Numbered from the stretch's first letter, positions 1-12,311 are shown. The stretch: DNA of 64,000 nucleotides from Octopus bimaculoides (GCF_001194135.2 NC_068984.1:60301634-60365633), one strand, 5' to 3'. The notes: generated by a model from the sequence alone, not told the origin. Translations and numbers: made by a program.

Positions 1-78
<78 letters not shown>

Positions 79-274
79 ATAGTGCTACTGATTTGGCTAA
101 CTTAAGGCTTCAGTAAAAGGTACAATTTACTTAGAGAAGCTTTTGAAGAACATAGTTCATATGTGGACTTTCATGGTTCTCTTCCTGCCTTGTATCTTTG
201 ATTTTCCACGTCTGTCTAACTGATTCTTTTGAATACTTTCATAGCCATAATTTTAATGAAATTTGCTCCACATA

Positions 275-680
275 GGCACAGGCATGGCTGTGTGGTAAGA
301 AGTTTGCTTCCCACCCACATGGTTCCAGGTTCAGTCACCTTGGGCAAGTATCTTCTACTGTAGCCTCAGGCTGACCAAAGCCATGTGAGTGGATTTAGTA
401 GACGGAAACTGAAAGAAGCTTGTTGTATATTTATGTATATGCATTTTTATGTGTGTGCTTCTTTGTGTCTGTGTTTGTCTCCCCACCATTGCTTGGTAAC
501 CGATTGTCGGTGTGTTTATATCCTCATAACTTAGTGGTCCAGTAAAAGAGATTGATAGAGTAAGTGCTAGGCTTACAAAGAATAAGTCCTGGGATTGATT
601 TCTTTGACTAAAACCCCTTTAAGGTGATATCCTAACATGGCCACAGTCAAATGACTGAAACAAGTAAAACAATAAAAGAA
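275..680 (+). mobile_element. tRNA-derived SINE, family A (working label), near full length
   Basis: Head GGCATGGCTGTGTGGTAAGAAG...GGTTCCAGGTTCAGTC with A/B-box-like motifs, a central TA/TG-rich tract, and tail CATGGCCACAGTCAAATGACTGAAACAAGTAAAA. The same modules recur more than 10 times in the window. Confidence 0.85.
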
Positions 681-1214
681 TATGTTTCTATTTACTTCAT
701 TATAAGTATGCAAGAAATTTAGTTGCCTTTAGTTCTATAACTAAGTTCTCCATTATTAATCTGGTGTCAACCTTCCACTATCATCACAACAACTAACAAC
801 ACAAGCAGAGCAGCAACAACAATTACAAGAAGAGCAAGAACAACAACACAGCCAAACTGATGGAAACTCAGTCTATTTATGTAGTCTACCTGGTTTAGTT
901 CACTAGTCTCGGTCAGTTAGGATGTAGTCATGTTGAACATCACCTTCACCTTTGTTTTCAAGGGTTTTAGTTCACATATTGCACTGAGTACTTATTTAAC
1001 TGTGGTAATTAATTTATAGGTCATTATTTTTACTTCATATTTTCTTGTTTTGCAAAGGGATGTAACTCAGCATACCAACTTACACTACGATACTGAAAAA
1101 CACACACACTACTACTACTACTACTACTACTACTTGCTTCAATCATTAGACTGCTGCTATTCTGGGGCACTGTCTTGGAGAATTTTTCTTTTAGTTGAAT
1201 TTTGTTTTTACGCC

Positions 1215-1465
1215 TAGTACTTATTCTATCATTCTCTTTTGCCCAAACTGCCAGGTTATGGGGACATAAACACACAGTTATCAAGTGGTGGTGTGGGGAC
1301 AAACATAGACATCAAGACACACACATACATGTATGTATATATGATGGGCTTCTTTCAGTTTCCATCTACCAAATCCACTCACAAAGCTTTGGTAAGCCCA
1401 AGGCTATAGTAGAAGACACTTGCCCAAGGTGCCATGCAGTGGAACTGAACCTGGAACCATGTATA
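1215..1465 (-). mobile_element. SINE family A, partial
   Basis: Reverse complement of the head and body of 275-680 (GGGCTTCTTTCAGTTTCCATCTACCAAATCCACTCACAAAGCTTTGG...CCCAAGGTGCCATGCAGTGG). Confidence 0.8.
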
Positions 1466-2265
1466 ACCTGCAAATATACAAGCACACAACAGTTTTCACA
1501 GTTTCCATGTAGCAGATTTATTTCACCCTTTCACCCATAAAATATTTATTAACGTGAAGTTGCAATTGCATAAGATGTTACAGAGTGTGAATAAACATAG
1601 ATCCACATTTTACTAATAAAATGCTTGAGATTTGAAACAGAAACATTTGCATCACATGTAAACTAATGTTCCTTTTTCTCAGTGCTGCAGAGTAGACATG
1701 AAAAAAGAAAAGTAAAAATCAAATAAATAAACATAAAACAAAAGCAATGGCTATGAAAAGGAATCTTGCAGAGAGAGTGGTAACAAACACCAGATATTTG
1801 CTGGAACTGAATATTGACGAAACATTGTTAAGTGTCAGACTAAAGATAGGTTCTCAAAGAAAAATTGCTAACCTGACTAATATCAAGGTGTTGGATTTCA
1901 TTAAGAATTTAAGAGTTTTGTCATGACAAAAGTAGTCATTTATTCGTGAGAATGAAATATTGTGTGGTTTAGAATCTGATAAAGTAGTTTTCACTCAGCT
2001 AGGTAGCTGGCTAGCTAGCGTTTGCTTTACATTGCATTAGTACTAATGATACTAAATAAAACTATCCCGACCACAACGATAAAATAAATGGAAGAGCCAA
2101 GTTAATTGCAACTAGTTAGAGTTAGAACATTCTGGAACCATTGAAGAGAAGTGCTTATTTTTTTTAATTTTCTACTATCACCAAAGTTTAGTCATCATTA
2201 GTTTTAATGTGTGTTTTTGTGTGTATCTTTGTATATGTGCGTTTTTTTGTTTGTTGTTGTTGCAG

Positions 2266-2370
2266 AAAGTTTTTAAAATTACAAGACTCTAGTTCAAAAG
2301 ATGAAATGATACCAACTGGGCAATTTTCAATGGTTTTGCTATTTATTCTGCTCCAGCTATCACTTGTTAG
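2266..2370 (+). CDS. Candidate host-gene exon, 105 nt, phase 2-2, encoding KFLKLQDSSSKDEMIPTGQFSMVLLFILLQLSLV (hydrophobic end, signal-peptide or TM-like)
   Basis: Acceptor tttttttgtttgttgttgttgcag| and donor AG|GTAATG. Only one of three frames is open, and the sequence is non-repetitive. No homology recognised. Confidence 0.4.
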
Positions 2371-2904
2371 GTAATGTGTTGAATGGAAGCTAGTTTCCAT
2401 TGAACAAGTTGATGAAAAACACGCAATCACCATATGATCATGCCCACTGTTATTGTGCACCATTACCATTATTTTCTATCATCTCTTCCCCACCAATACA
2501 ACGTATTTAACTACTGAAAAATTTAGGTGCTTCTGTTTTTATCCAATATGTTTGCTTGATTGATTGCTAAAGCGTCTACTTCAGAATCTCCGAAACTATT
2601 GAAGCTAAGATATTCTAACATTTTAAGGAATAAAACATGACCTGTTTTCTTTCTGCATATTAAAATATTGGCTTTTTAGCACGTTCTTTTGATATATTCT
2701 GTGTGAGCTATAAGCTCGCTATACTAAACACAAAATCACTGACATGATAATAGAAAGAAAAAGAAAATATGCCTGAAAATGCAGGTTATTTAAACTACGA
2801 TGTCAGGTCTGTTCACACACATAGATATAATGCAACATTATGTATTTTAAATGATGCTAACTATAATAGAAAATAGTCCAAAATATATTCAGACATTGAC
2901 CATA

Positions 2905-3250
2905 TATACACTTTTACTGGCTTCATTCATTGGACTGCAGCCATGCTGGAGCACTGCCTTTATGGATTTTAATTGAGTATACCAACCCTATTACAAGTGC
3001 TATTTTATTGTTCTATATTTATAGAAGGACTATATTGCCAATCTTGACATAAAGGGATATAACTTGAAACACTGGTTTACACTAGTAAATGTAAATACTA
3101 TGTATGTATTCAAATACATACAGAAACACATTTATGTATGTTTCCATATACCTAGTTTTGCATACATTAGTCAACCTGGGTCTACTGTAGAAGATACATC
3201 CAGTGGGATCAACTTTGGAACTATGTGGTTGTAATGTAAACTTCTTAGTC
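2905..3250 (-). mobile_element. SINE family A, degenerate
   Basis: Reverse tail (TCATTGGACTGCAGCCATGCTGGAGCACTGCC) and a decayed head. Confidence 0.6.
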
Positions 3251-3337
3251 ACATCGATTGGTCTGTACCCCTATGTAGAGGATATGTTTCTGTTGTTTTC
3301 ACTTGTTAACTTTTGAGTTAATATTGTGTTAAGTAGA

Positions 3338-3562
3338 GGCAGTAAGTAAGCTGGCAGAATTGTTAGGACACTGTGCAAAATACTTAGCAGCATTTCACCC
3401 GTCTTTATGTTCTGAGTTCAAATGCTGTCAAGGTTGACTTCACCTTGCAATCTTTCAGTGTCGATAAAATAAGCACCAGTTGAGCATTGAGGTTGATGTA
3501 ATCAACTTAACTCACTCTCCCCCAAAATTGTTGGCCTTGTGCCAAAATTCGAAATCAATGTT
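3338..3562 (+). mobile_element. tRNA-derived SINE, family B (working label)
   Basis: AGCTGGCAGAATTGTTAG...CTGAGTTCAAATG (A/B-box-like), body AAGCACCAGTTGAGCATTG, tail GGCCTTGTGCC. About 10 similar copies in the window. Confidence 0.85.
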
Positions 3563-3714
3563 GTGTTAACTACTTATTTTGGTACTACATTTGGTTAACC
3601 ATCACTGATTGTTAATTGTTGGTCAGGAACATATTCAAGCACTACAACACACACATATGCAAACACACACACACACACACACACACAGGAAAAATAGAAG
3701 GTGAAAATGCAATG

Positions 3715-4290
3715 AGAATCATCATCATCATCATTATCATCATTTAACGTCCGCCTTCCATGCTAGCATGGGTTGGACGACTTGACTGAGGACTGGTGAA
3801 ACCGGATGGCAACACCAGGCTCCAATCTAAATTTGGCAATGTTTCTACAGCTGGATGCCCTTCCTAACGCCAACCACTCAGAGAGTGTAGTAGGTGCTTT
3901 TACGTGTCACCTGCACGAAGGCCAGTCAGGCGATACTGGCAACGGCCACGCTCGAAATGGTGTCTTTTATGTGCCACCCGCACAAGCCAATCCACTGGCA
4001 ACGATCTCGCTCGAAAATCCTATGGGAGAAAAGTCAGGCGGTACTGACAACGGCCACGCTCAGAATGGTGCATCTTATGTGTCACCCGCACAAGAGCCAG
4101 TCCAGGGGCACTGGCAACGATCTTACTTGGCTTGCCGGGTCTTCTCATGCACAGCACATTTCCAAAGGTCTTGGTCAGTAGTCATCGCCTCGGTGATGCC
4201 CAATGTACGAAGGTCTTGCCTCACCACCTCAGCCCAGGTCTTCCTGGGCCTACCTCTTCCACGGGTTCCCTCAACTGTTAGGGTGTGGCA
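3715..4290 (-). mobile_element. 5'-truncated RTE-clade LINE (ORF C-terminus, long 3'UTR, (GAT)n tail)
   Basis: Minus strand encodes HTLTVEGTRGRGRPRKTWAEVVRQDLRTLGITEAMTTDQDLWKCAVHEKTRQAK*, with the GRPRKTW motif typical of RTE ORF ends. It is followed by a UTR and a GATGAT tail. Confidence 0.85.
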
Positions 4291-4567
4291 AAATATTTTT
4301 TATTAATATATTTGAAGCATTAACCGGTTTCACAATTTACACTGATTTTCAAAAAGTTTAAATAGAAAGACATTTCTTTTGTTGCACCTGTCTTACTTCT
4401 GACTAGTGTTTGAAGTTTGCTCTATTTTTATAGGGAGTTCATGGCTCAAATTAGCATATGTTTTGAATAGGATTTGGGTAGAGGATAGTCACATTTTAAC
4501 TATTCTCAGTGCATTTTCAGCTTCTATTTTTCCTATAGTTCTACTCGTGTGAAATACAATAACTTTC

Positions 4568-4715
4568 ATCATCATCATCATTGTTGTCGTTTAACGTCCG
4601 CTTTCCATGCTGGCATGGGTTGAATGGCTTCACTGAGGACTGGCAAGCCAGAAGACTGCACTGGCTCCAATCCGATCTGGCAAAGTTTCTACAGCTGGAT
4701 GCCCTTCCTAGCACC
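4568..4715 (-). mobile_element. RTE LINE 3'UTR fragment
   Basis: CATCATCAT...TTTAACGTCCGCTTTCCATGCTGGCATGGGTTG...CAGCTGGATGCCCTTCCTA, the same as 3720-3870. Confidence 0.8.
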
Positions 4716-4769
4716 ACATGTGAAAAGCATTGGTGTGGGTACTGATGCCACTTGAAAGCACTGGTAATG

Positions 4770-4955
4770 GTGCCGCATGAAAAACACTCAGTACACTCTG
4801 TGGAGTGGTTGGCATTGGAGAGTGCATCCAGCTGTAGAGATCAAGCCAAAGCAGACTATGGAACCAGGTGTGGCCCCTGGCCTTACCAGTTCATGTCAAG
4901 CCATCCGCCTCATGCCAACATGGAAAACAGTTGTTAAATGATGATGATGATGATG
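4770..4955 (+). mobile_element. RTE LINE 3'UTR fragment (opposite orientation)
   Basis: GAGTGGTTGGCATTGG...CATCCAGCTGTAGA...CATGCCAACATGGAAA...GTTAAATGATGATGAT. Confidence 0.8.
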
Positions 4956-5164
4956 ATAAATATATATGATGGGCTTCCACACAGTTTCCCTCTACGAACT
5001 TCACTCACAAGTTATTGATCAGCCAAGGACTATAAAGACAGTTGCCCAAGGTGGTGTACAGTGGGACTGAACCTGAAACCACATGCATGCAAAGCGAGCT
5101 TCTTTCCAACACAATCATGACTATTTATTTATATATTTTTTGTCCTTTTGTTTTGTTTTTCCCT

Positions 5165-5360
5165 GGGGTCAGTCCTGATCCAGAAGATCTGTGATTAAAA
5201 GAAAAATATTTTAGCAATGACTATCCTGTGCAATTTTTAAGGCATAGTGCATCTATAATCACATTAACCAATGTGCATCTTTAGTTTTTTTCTCCCCTTA
5301 CACAAGGGATTTTTGACTGCTATTTCTAGAAGGTCAAATTATCACATAGAAATTTTCTCA
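5165..5360 (+). repeat. Interspersed repeat family D (probable SINE 3' part)
   Basis: Motifs GTCAGTCCTGATC..AG.AGATCTGTGAT and GACTGCTATTTCTAG.AGGTC also occur at about 20200-20390, 20640-20830, 21215-21290, 24550-24745, 27430-27545, 28725-28810, 31300-31470 and 52165-52350. Confidence 0.6.
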
Positions 5361-6067
5361 TCTGCTGTTTTCTTATTTTTCTGAAGTCCTTTTTTTCTTT
5401 TGTTTTTGATCTGTAACATGAGAGAAAAAAAAAGCAAAAAAAAAAAAAGCTCAAAAGCCTCCCAGACATCTAATTAATTGCAAAATTTGAATATTCTGTT
5501 AAATAGTTAGGATAGCGGGAAACTAAGTTTCAAGAATCTTTTATATAGCTGGATGCCTGCAGAAAATGTATTAAACTAAGTAGTCTGCTGTGGCACCACA
5601 TAGCGTTGTTATTGTGCACACCTGTAGAAAACAAATTGTGTAAATAAATATGATTATATTTAGAGTTGCATTTTGTTAGAGTTAAAACTAAATGATATGA
5701 GGGTTTTTTTTTTTAATATTTTCTGAAATCATTTTCTATTTTATAAGATTTAAATTGGCTTGTACATATGTTCTTACAATATAAGTGTGTTTGTACATGT
5801 GTCTGTTTGTATATTGGTACACATATGTGTGTGGATGTGTGTTCGTGCATGTCTGTATATTGATACATCTGTGTGTGCGTGTGTCTGTGTTTGTGCGCGC
5901 ATTTGTATATTGATACATGTGTGTGTGTTTGTATATACATCTGTATATTAGTACATGAGTGTGTGTGTGTGTTTGTACATGCATTTGTATATTGGTACGT
6001 GTGTGCATATGTGTGTGTAGACAAATATCAGGCTTTAGATTTTCTAACTTACATCTTTTTTCCTTAT

Positions 6068-6437
6068 TTTTGTACTTGTTTCGGTCATTAGACTGTGGCC
6101 ATGCTGGAGTACCGCCTTGAAGAATTTGTATTTTTTGCCTTTGAAGCTTGACACTTATTCTATTGGTCTTTCTTGCTGAACTGCTAAGTTACAGCAACGT
6201 AAGCACATCAACACATGGTGCTGGGGGACAAACACAGATGTAAGAATACACTTACATACACACACATAGTCACACATACATATACAATGAGCTTCTTTCA
6301 GTTTTCCTCAATCAAATCCATTCACAAGGCTTTGGTTGGGCTATTGGTCTCTTTTTTCCTGAACTGCTAAGTTACAAGGACATAGACACACCAACACTAA
6401 TTGTCAAATGGTGCTGGGGGACAAACACAGGTATAAG

Positions 6438-6517
<80 letters not shown>

Positions 6518-7365
6518 NNNNNNNNNNNNNNNNNNNNNNNNNNNNNNNNNNNNNNNNNNNNNNNNNNNNNNNNNNNNNNNNNNNNNNNNNNNNNNNNNNN
6601 NNNNNNNNNNNNNNNNNNNNNNNNNNNNNNNNNNNNNNNNNNNNNNNNNNNNNNNNNNNNNNNNNNNNNNNNNNNNNNNNNNNNNNNNNNNNNNNNNNNN
6701 NNNNNNNNNNNNNNNNNNNNNNNNNNNNNNNNNNNNNNNNNNNNNNNNNNNNNNNNNNNNNNNNNNNNNNNNNNNNNNNNNNNNNNNNNNNNNNNNNNNN
6801 NNNNNNNNNNNNNNNNNNNNNNNNNNNNNNNNNNNNNNNNNNNNNNNNNNNNNNNNNNNNNNNNNNNNNNNNNNNNNNNNNNNNNNNNNNNNNNNNNNNN
6901 NNNNNNNNNNNNNNNNNNNNNNNNNNNNNNNNNNNNNNNNNNNNNNNNNNNNNNNNNNNNNNNNNNNNNNNNNNNNNNNNNNNNNNNNNNNNNNNNNNNN
7001 NNNNNNNNNNNNNNNNNNNNNNNNNNNNNNNNNNNNNNNNNNNNNNNNNNNNNNNNNNNNNNNNNNNNNNNNNNNNNNNNNNNNNNNNNNNNNNNNNNNN
7101 NNNNNNNNNNNNNNNNNNNNNNNNNNNNNNNNNNNNNNNNNNNNNNNNNNNNNNNNNNNNNNNNNNNNNNNNNNNNNNNNNNNNNNNNNNNNNNNNNNNN
7201 NNNNNNNNNNNNNNNNNNNNNNNNNNNNNNNNNNNNNNNNNNNNNNNNNNNNNNNNNNNNNNNNNNNNNNNNNNNNNNNNNNNNNNNNNNNNNNNNNNNN
7301 NNNNNNNNNNNNNNNNNNNNNNNNNNNNNNNNNNNNNNNNNNNNNNNNNNNNNNNNNNNNNNNNN

Positions 7366-7411
<46 letters not shown>

Positions 7412-7565
7412 GGACTTCCATACAGTTTGTGTCTCCTGAATTCACTCAAGGCATTGGTTGGCTTGGGGCTATAGTAGAAGTCACTTGCTCAAGGTGCTAT
7501 GTAGTGGGACTGAACCTGAAACCACATGGTTGCAAAGTGGGTTTCTTACCCACACAACTATGTCT
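6068..7565 (-). mobile_element. SINE family A, with a duplicated or nested segment and an expanded internal (CA)n spanning an assembly gap
   Basis: Tail at 6068-6117, body twice (6160-6340 and 6341-6440), (CA)n from 6438 across the gap to 7390, head ending near 7565. Confidence 0.75.
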
Positions 7566-7671
7566 CTCAGACAAGAATATTTCTAATACCTAAATAGTAT
7601 ATTTCTGTATTTGGTTTACTTAACCATTTTTGCATTCAGATTTCTCTGTCAAATGTTATGCTTATTTATCC

Positions 7672-8015
7672 AGGGTGCATAGCTCAATAGTTAGAGCATT
7701 GGGCTCACAATCATGAAGTAGTGAGTTCGATTCCTGGATCGGGCTATGTGTTCTTCAGCAAGACACTTTATTTCACATTGCTCCAGTTCACTCAGCTGTA
7801 GAAATGAGTTGCGATGTCACTGGTGCCAAGCTGTATTGGCCTTTGCTTTTCCTTTGGATGACATCGGTGGTATGGAGAGTGGGGGGCTGGTATGCATGGG
7901 CGACTGCTGGTCTTCTATAAACAACCTTGCCCAGGCTTGTGCCTCAGAGAGGAACTTTCTAGGTGCAATCCCTTGGTCATTCATGACTGAAGGGAGTCTT
8001 TACCCTTTTTTACCC
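7672..8015 (+). mobile_element. tRNA-derived SINE, family E (working label)
   Basis: A-box TAGCTCAATAGTTAGAGC (7680-7697) and B-box GTTCGATTCC (7725-7734), followed by about 280 bp of non-tRNA body. Confidence 0.85.
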
Positions 8016-8017
8016 TG

Positions 8018-8165
8018 TAACCTTGAGATTTCAGTGATGTGTTTCTTTTTTTTTTTCAGACTCACATTGTAGGGTAGGTGTGAGATGCTGGATCTGGCCA
8101 GTTTGAACACAAAACAAATGAAATGAGTTTGATATTATAGCTGGTGTGAAATACTGAAGGGTTAA
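8018..8165. mobile_element. piggyBac-like MITE fragment
   Basis: Ends AAGGGTTAA. Contains TGTAGGGTAGGTGTGAGA..GGATCTGGCCAGTTTGAAC, the reverse complement of the 30627-30853 family. Confidence 0.6.
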
Positions 8166-8730
8166 CATGCAGTTTAGTTCTTTGGAGGTGATTCCTGCCA
8201 CAAGAAAGAAAGGTCTACAATCATTTTCATTTGTTTCATTCCCTACCTCCCCCAACTCCATCTTATTTAGTCTTGTGGCCAGCAAACAATGGCTAAACTG
8301 TCACCAACATATGAGCTTTTAAGCTTGCAGCCTGTGACTACTCACATTCTTCTCTTAAAATTGGCTGACAAAGGTAAGTGACAGTGTAGCTTGTATAAAA
8401 AAAAAAGCAAAAAAACAAAACAAAAACAAAACAAACAAAAACAAAGCAAAACAAAATAAAACTGTGCTACGTTCTGATATTGTAATGAATAATGCATTTA
8501 TTTATGTTGTATAATATTTTCTATGGGGTTCTAAAACTATGTTATTTCAACATTATTTAGAGAAATGTGAAAGCTGTACATTTTCTAGCTTATAGTTAAT
8601 TTATTATTGAACACTTCCTCCCTGCACACCTTGACGAAATTGTTAAAGCTTAGTCTCTTCCAGACATCATAAAATAAATATAGACACGGCCAAACTCCAA
8701 AAACGAATACAATATATGTCTATGTATGTA

Positions 8731-10018
8731 TTGAGTCATCCCATAAATAATGCGGTTTTTGTATACTACTACTTTTATTTTTTTAAATTAAGATAAAGAA
8801 AGTTCTTTTTTCATCTAAAATATACTCTCCATCATTTTCTACAATGCTCCTCCATCTATTTGGTAGACTTGCAAGGCCCTCTTCCAAAATTCACTTATCT
8901 GCGATGAAAAATATTCCTCCAGTACTGTTCTGACCTCATCTACAGAATTCATATTTTTTCCGTCCAAATGATTTCAAAGACTGCAGCATAAATGATAATC
9001 AGATGGGGCAATGTCTGGCGAATATAGTAGGTGGGGCATCGTTTCCTATTCAAATTGCTCCAGTCTTTGGAATTTCATCCTTGCTGTATGTGGCTGAGCA
9101 TTATCCTGATGGAAGAACACCTTTTGTCTTGAAACCAAAGATGGTTGTTTTTCTTCTAGCACTGACTTAAGCCACTCAAGCTGCTTGCAGTAGATCTCGT
9201 CTGTTATCATTTGGTTTAGGTTTAAAAGTTCAAAGTGGACTAGATATTTCATATCCCATCAAACAGATAACAACACTTTATGTGGGTGAAGACCTTCCTT
9301 AGCCTGGGGTGCTGGTATTTCTCCTTTCCCTACCCACTGTCTTCAGCACTTAACATTTTTATAGAGAACCCATTTCTCGTCACCACTCACTATTTGGTCC
9401 AAAACAGGTTCATTTGTGAGACATAATAGCAAAGAAGAGTATACATTCACCCTCTGCATGCAATTAGACTTGGAAAGTTTATGAGGAACCCATTGACCTA
9501 ATTTGCTGACTTTTCTGATGGTATGCAGGTGTCGATGAATGGTTGAATGACCAAATCCAAGCTTCTCTGCTAGTTCCTCAACAGTTATGATGGGATTTTG
9601 TTCCTGCAGGTTTTGCAGGACATCCTCCTCGAGCTCTACAGATCTTCCAGGATGAGGTTCATATTCTAGGCTGTAGTTTCCAGCCCGGAATTTCTGGAAC
9701 TACCATTGACACAGGCTTATGCTTACCATCCGATCGTCATATATTGCATCAATATTCCTTGCACTTTCTGTTGGGTTGTTGCCTTTATTGAACTCATGAA
9801 GTAAAATATGCCAAACATGCTCCTTTGTCACTTCTATTATAGCTTCGAAAAAATAGCTGTTAAAATCGAACTTCACTCTTCAAACTTGCACCAAGAATAA
9901 GGGTGAAGTAAAATTACTACCTACTTTTATAGCAAGTTGATGCAAGTAGTTTATCCCATCCCCTTCTGACTTTAAGTTCATGCAATTGAAAAACTGCATT
10001 ATTTATTGGATGACTTAA
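8731..10018 (-). mobile_element. Full-length (1288 bp) decayed mariner transposon, DD34D type
   Basis: TIRs TTGAGTCATCCCATAAATAATGCGGTTTT and AAAACTGCATTATTTATTGGATGACTTAA with TA on both sides. Minus strand shows GDEKWVLY, HQDNAQPH and YSPDIAPSDY, with stops and frameshifts. Confidence 0.95.
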
Positions 10019-10199
10019 TATATGCCTGTGTTTATCCATCTCTTTTTCTTTTCTCCTCCAGTCCCTCTCTTCCTCCTCCTCTCATGTATTTGTGTGTGTG
10101 TATGTATGAATCTATCTATCTGTCTGTCTCTCTGCTTTCTTTCTTGCCTGTGAGTGATGGCTGGCTTTACATGTATATTTGTTTAATATCCTTTCTATT

Positions 10200-10360
10200 A
10201 TAGACACAAGGTCTGAAATCTTGTGGGAGGAGACTAGTCTATTACATCAACCCCAGTGCTCAACTGGCACTCATTTCATTGAGCAAAGTTGACCTCTGGA
10301 ATTTGAACTCAGGACAGAATGCTTGATGAAATGCTGCTAAGCTTTTTGTCCATCATGCTA
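10200..10360 (-). mobile_element. SINE family B, degenerate
   Basis: CACAAGGTCTGAAA...CCCCAGTGCTCAACTGG...GGAATTTGAACTCAG. Confidence 0.7.
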
Positions 10361-11362
10361 TAACAGATGACAAACAATAGAATCACTAATTGCAGGTTCT
10401 TTAGTAGGCCAATTACTGGTTCACATACACCTTGATACTAAAGCGTCTAGGGAGTGTTTGTATCTCGGTGTGGAGCAAAAATCACAAGGGACTTCTAGAA
10501 GCAATATTTACATTCTTTTACATCAGGAAAAGACACAACATGTATTCACAAACATGCAGACGTGTGGGTGTGTGTGTGTGTGTGGGTGTGTGTATAAAAG
10601 CATATATGTGTAAGAAAAATACTCAGTTGTTCAACAACTAAGACAGTTAATGGTTATTGCATCAATATTCTACTTCTTCCCTATTAATTTTCTCTTTTCC
10701 TTCTTTGGCCCTCAACTCTTTTCTTTCTCCCTTACATTTTTCTTTCTACATACCATAATGAATCATCATAAATAATTAATATTTTACTGTTTATTTGTTA
10801 TTGTTCTTTTAATCATTACGTTTTTGCTTCAATTTTATTTCACTTTACAGGTTTTTGCTCACATGTGATGTTTTGAATTTTAATTTGTCTTTTTGTCTTT
10901 TTTTTTTTTCTCTCAGCTTCCATTGCTAAGTTTTATGTGACAACAAGCTGTGTTTTCTATTTTTTTTTTTTTGTTATAGCACTTCTTGTACTCTCCTTAG
11001 GCTGCAAAGTTGTTGTTGTTGTTGTTGTTGTTCTTCTTCTTCTTCTTCTTCAATGCAAATGTTAGAAAATCACATTGCATAACCTCCTAGCTTGTACGTA
11101 TACATCCTACCCACATCTACATATTCATCGCATTTCCGCAACCATCAACAGTTTTGGAGAATATAGAACTTAAAGAGCAAAGAAACACACCACACACACA
11201 CACACACACATGGCAAGAAAATAAGGAAAAAAAAAACAAAATGAAAACCTCAATAAATATATAAGTAATCAAAAATACATGAATATATATGTATATGAAT
11301 GAATGAATTATTGTGGAATATTGCATAATCACTTCCAGACAACCATCAGCAAATTATCTCTC

Positions 11363-11375
11363 TCTATACACACAC

Positions 11376-11417
<42 letters not shown>

Positions 11418-11515
11418 ACACACATATATATACACATATACATATGTGCATGTGTATATATATACACACACGCACACACATTTATCTATATAGATATATA
11501 CATATATGTACATGC

Positions 11516-11550
<35 letters not shown>

Positions 11551-11551
11551 T

Positions 11552-11582
<31 letters not shown>

Positions 11583-11685
11583 CATACACACACACACATA
11601 TACACATATACATCTGTGTTTGTATATATATACATTTATATGTTTATATATATGTACATCTATATATGTATCTATGTATGTATGT

Positions 11686-11745
<60 letters not shown>
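11363..11745. repeat. Compound (CA)n/(TA)n microsatellite
   Basis: Directly visible. Confidence 0.95.
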
Positions 11746-11746
<1 letters not shown>

Positions 11747-12311
11747 AAACAATCAAAAAACAAAAACAATCATATTAATAGGCTGAATGTTGCATAATCA
11801 TTTCTATTCTCTATCTGTTGGGTTCCAAATTCTATCTACATTTCGTTTTTTTTTTTGGTTATATAATTGCTGTTTCCTGTTCTCTGCTTACCCCCCCCCC
11901 TCTCCTCCTCTTCCCCTCCCTGCCTTCCCTCTACAATAGATGGCCATCACTGCAAGTCATTCATTAATTGTAATAGAGTCTACCTTGCTGCTACTGCTGC
12001 TGCTGCTGCTGCTGTTGTTGTTGTTGTTGTAAGTCAATGAGTATAGTACCTTGCCATATCCTATCATTACCAATATATTTCAATATATGGTTTGTCTACT
12101 TCTTTGTAGGAAGGTTCTTTTTGTTTCGTTGGTTGTATGCATGTGTGTGTGTGTGTGTGTGTGTTTGTACTTGTTTCTATTTTTTTTTTCTTGTTTTTAA
12201 ACAATCTTTCTTCCTTTTTTTTTGCTTGGTATAATGAATTTCATTCTGTGATGAGAAATGATTCATGATTGCAAGATCGTTTATAGGTATATGTGTGTAT
12301 GTATTTATATG

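Noticed and set aside
3806-4306. 166-aa ORF with plausible composition
   Set aside because: It lies antisense to the RTE ORF end and 3'UTR. The openness comes from GC-richer tandem UTR units.
7672-7745. tRNA gene
   Set aside because: A and B boxes are present, but I see no acceptor-stem closure or T-run terminator, and it continues into a SINE body.
11940-12028. Signal-peptide-like exon MAITASHSLIVIESTLLLL... ending at GTAAGT
   Set aside because: The hydrophobic run is a (CTG/TTG)n microsatellite, so this is probably coincidence.
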